This document shows, in pieces, positions 63,888 to 64,000 of a stretch of DNA of 64,000 bases (position 1 is the stretch's first letter; each line of letters opens with the position of its first letter). The notes under the pieces are model-generated. The model saw only the letters and a program-made list of their open reading frames with translations. It was not told where the DNA came from and made no database searches. This stretch comes from an archaeon (GTDB lineage: Archaea; Hydrothermarchaeota; Hydrothermarchaeia; JALTZZ01): the NCBI GenBank assembly GCA_027051165.1, contig JALTZZ010000035.1:4870-68869 (forward strand), given 5' to 3'. The position numbers were made by a program, and so were the translations under genes.

Positions 63888-64000
63888 TTAAGTAAATACC
63901 TTTTCTTCAAGCTTCCTCAACCTAACCAAGATATCTTTTATTACTTCCTGATCCTTTCTGAACCTTTCAAACTCAGCCTTTAAATTGCTTATCTCTATGG
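63888..64000 (-). CDS. 3' end of a coiled-coil hypothetical protein (partial, possibly frameshifted)
   Basis: IEISNLKAEFERFRKDQE in one frame; NKDILVRLRKLEEKVFT* in an adjacent frame. Confidence 0.35.
   Translation of the reverse strand, partial: IEISNLKAEFERFRKDQEVIKDILVRLRKLEEKVFT

Overview
AT-rich archaeal chromosomal window. Archaeal markers include PolD DP2, MCM, thermosome, EgsA, archaeal RibC, MptA, Elp3 and a C/D-box sRNA. The lineage is plausibly a thermophilic/hydrothermal euryarchaeote such as Hydrothermarchaeota, but that is an unverified inference. Most of the window is housekeeping: leuC (3' end), larC, hisD, leuB-family, tldD, class II RNR with an intein, an 11-gene complex-I-like (nuo/fpo) operon with no input module, trpB, amtB-glnK, polC with an intein, and an RlmD-like methyltransferase. 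Two regions stand out. (1) At ~5.2-9.8 kb, an integrase-less stack of accessory modules lies directly downstream of elp3 (VapBC; a Cys-rich HhH-GPD-like protein plus MNT-HEPN; an AAA+ ATPase; a decayed VapBC). The modules are separated by displaced copies of the elp3 3' end, which suggests serial capture of cargo at that site. (2) At 33.6-43.4 kb, a ~3,277-codon surface-protein reading frame is split by one in-frame amber codon and ends in CWB2-like repeats. All calls come from motif reading and manual alignment; no searches were run.
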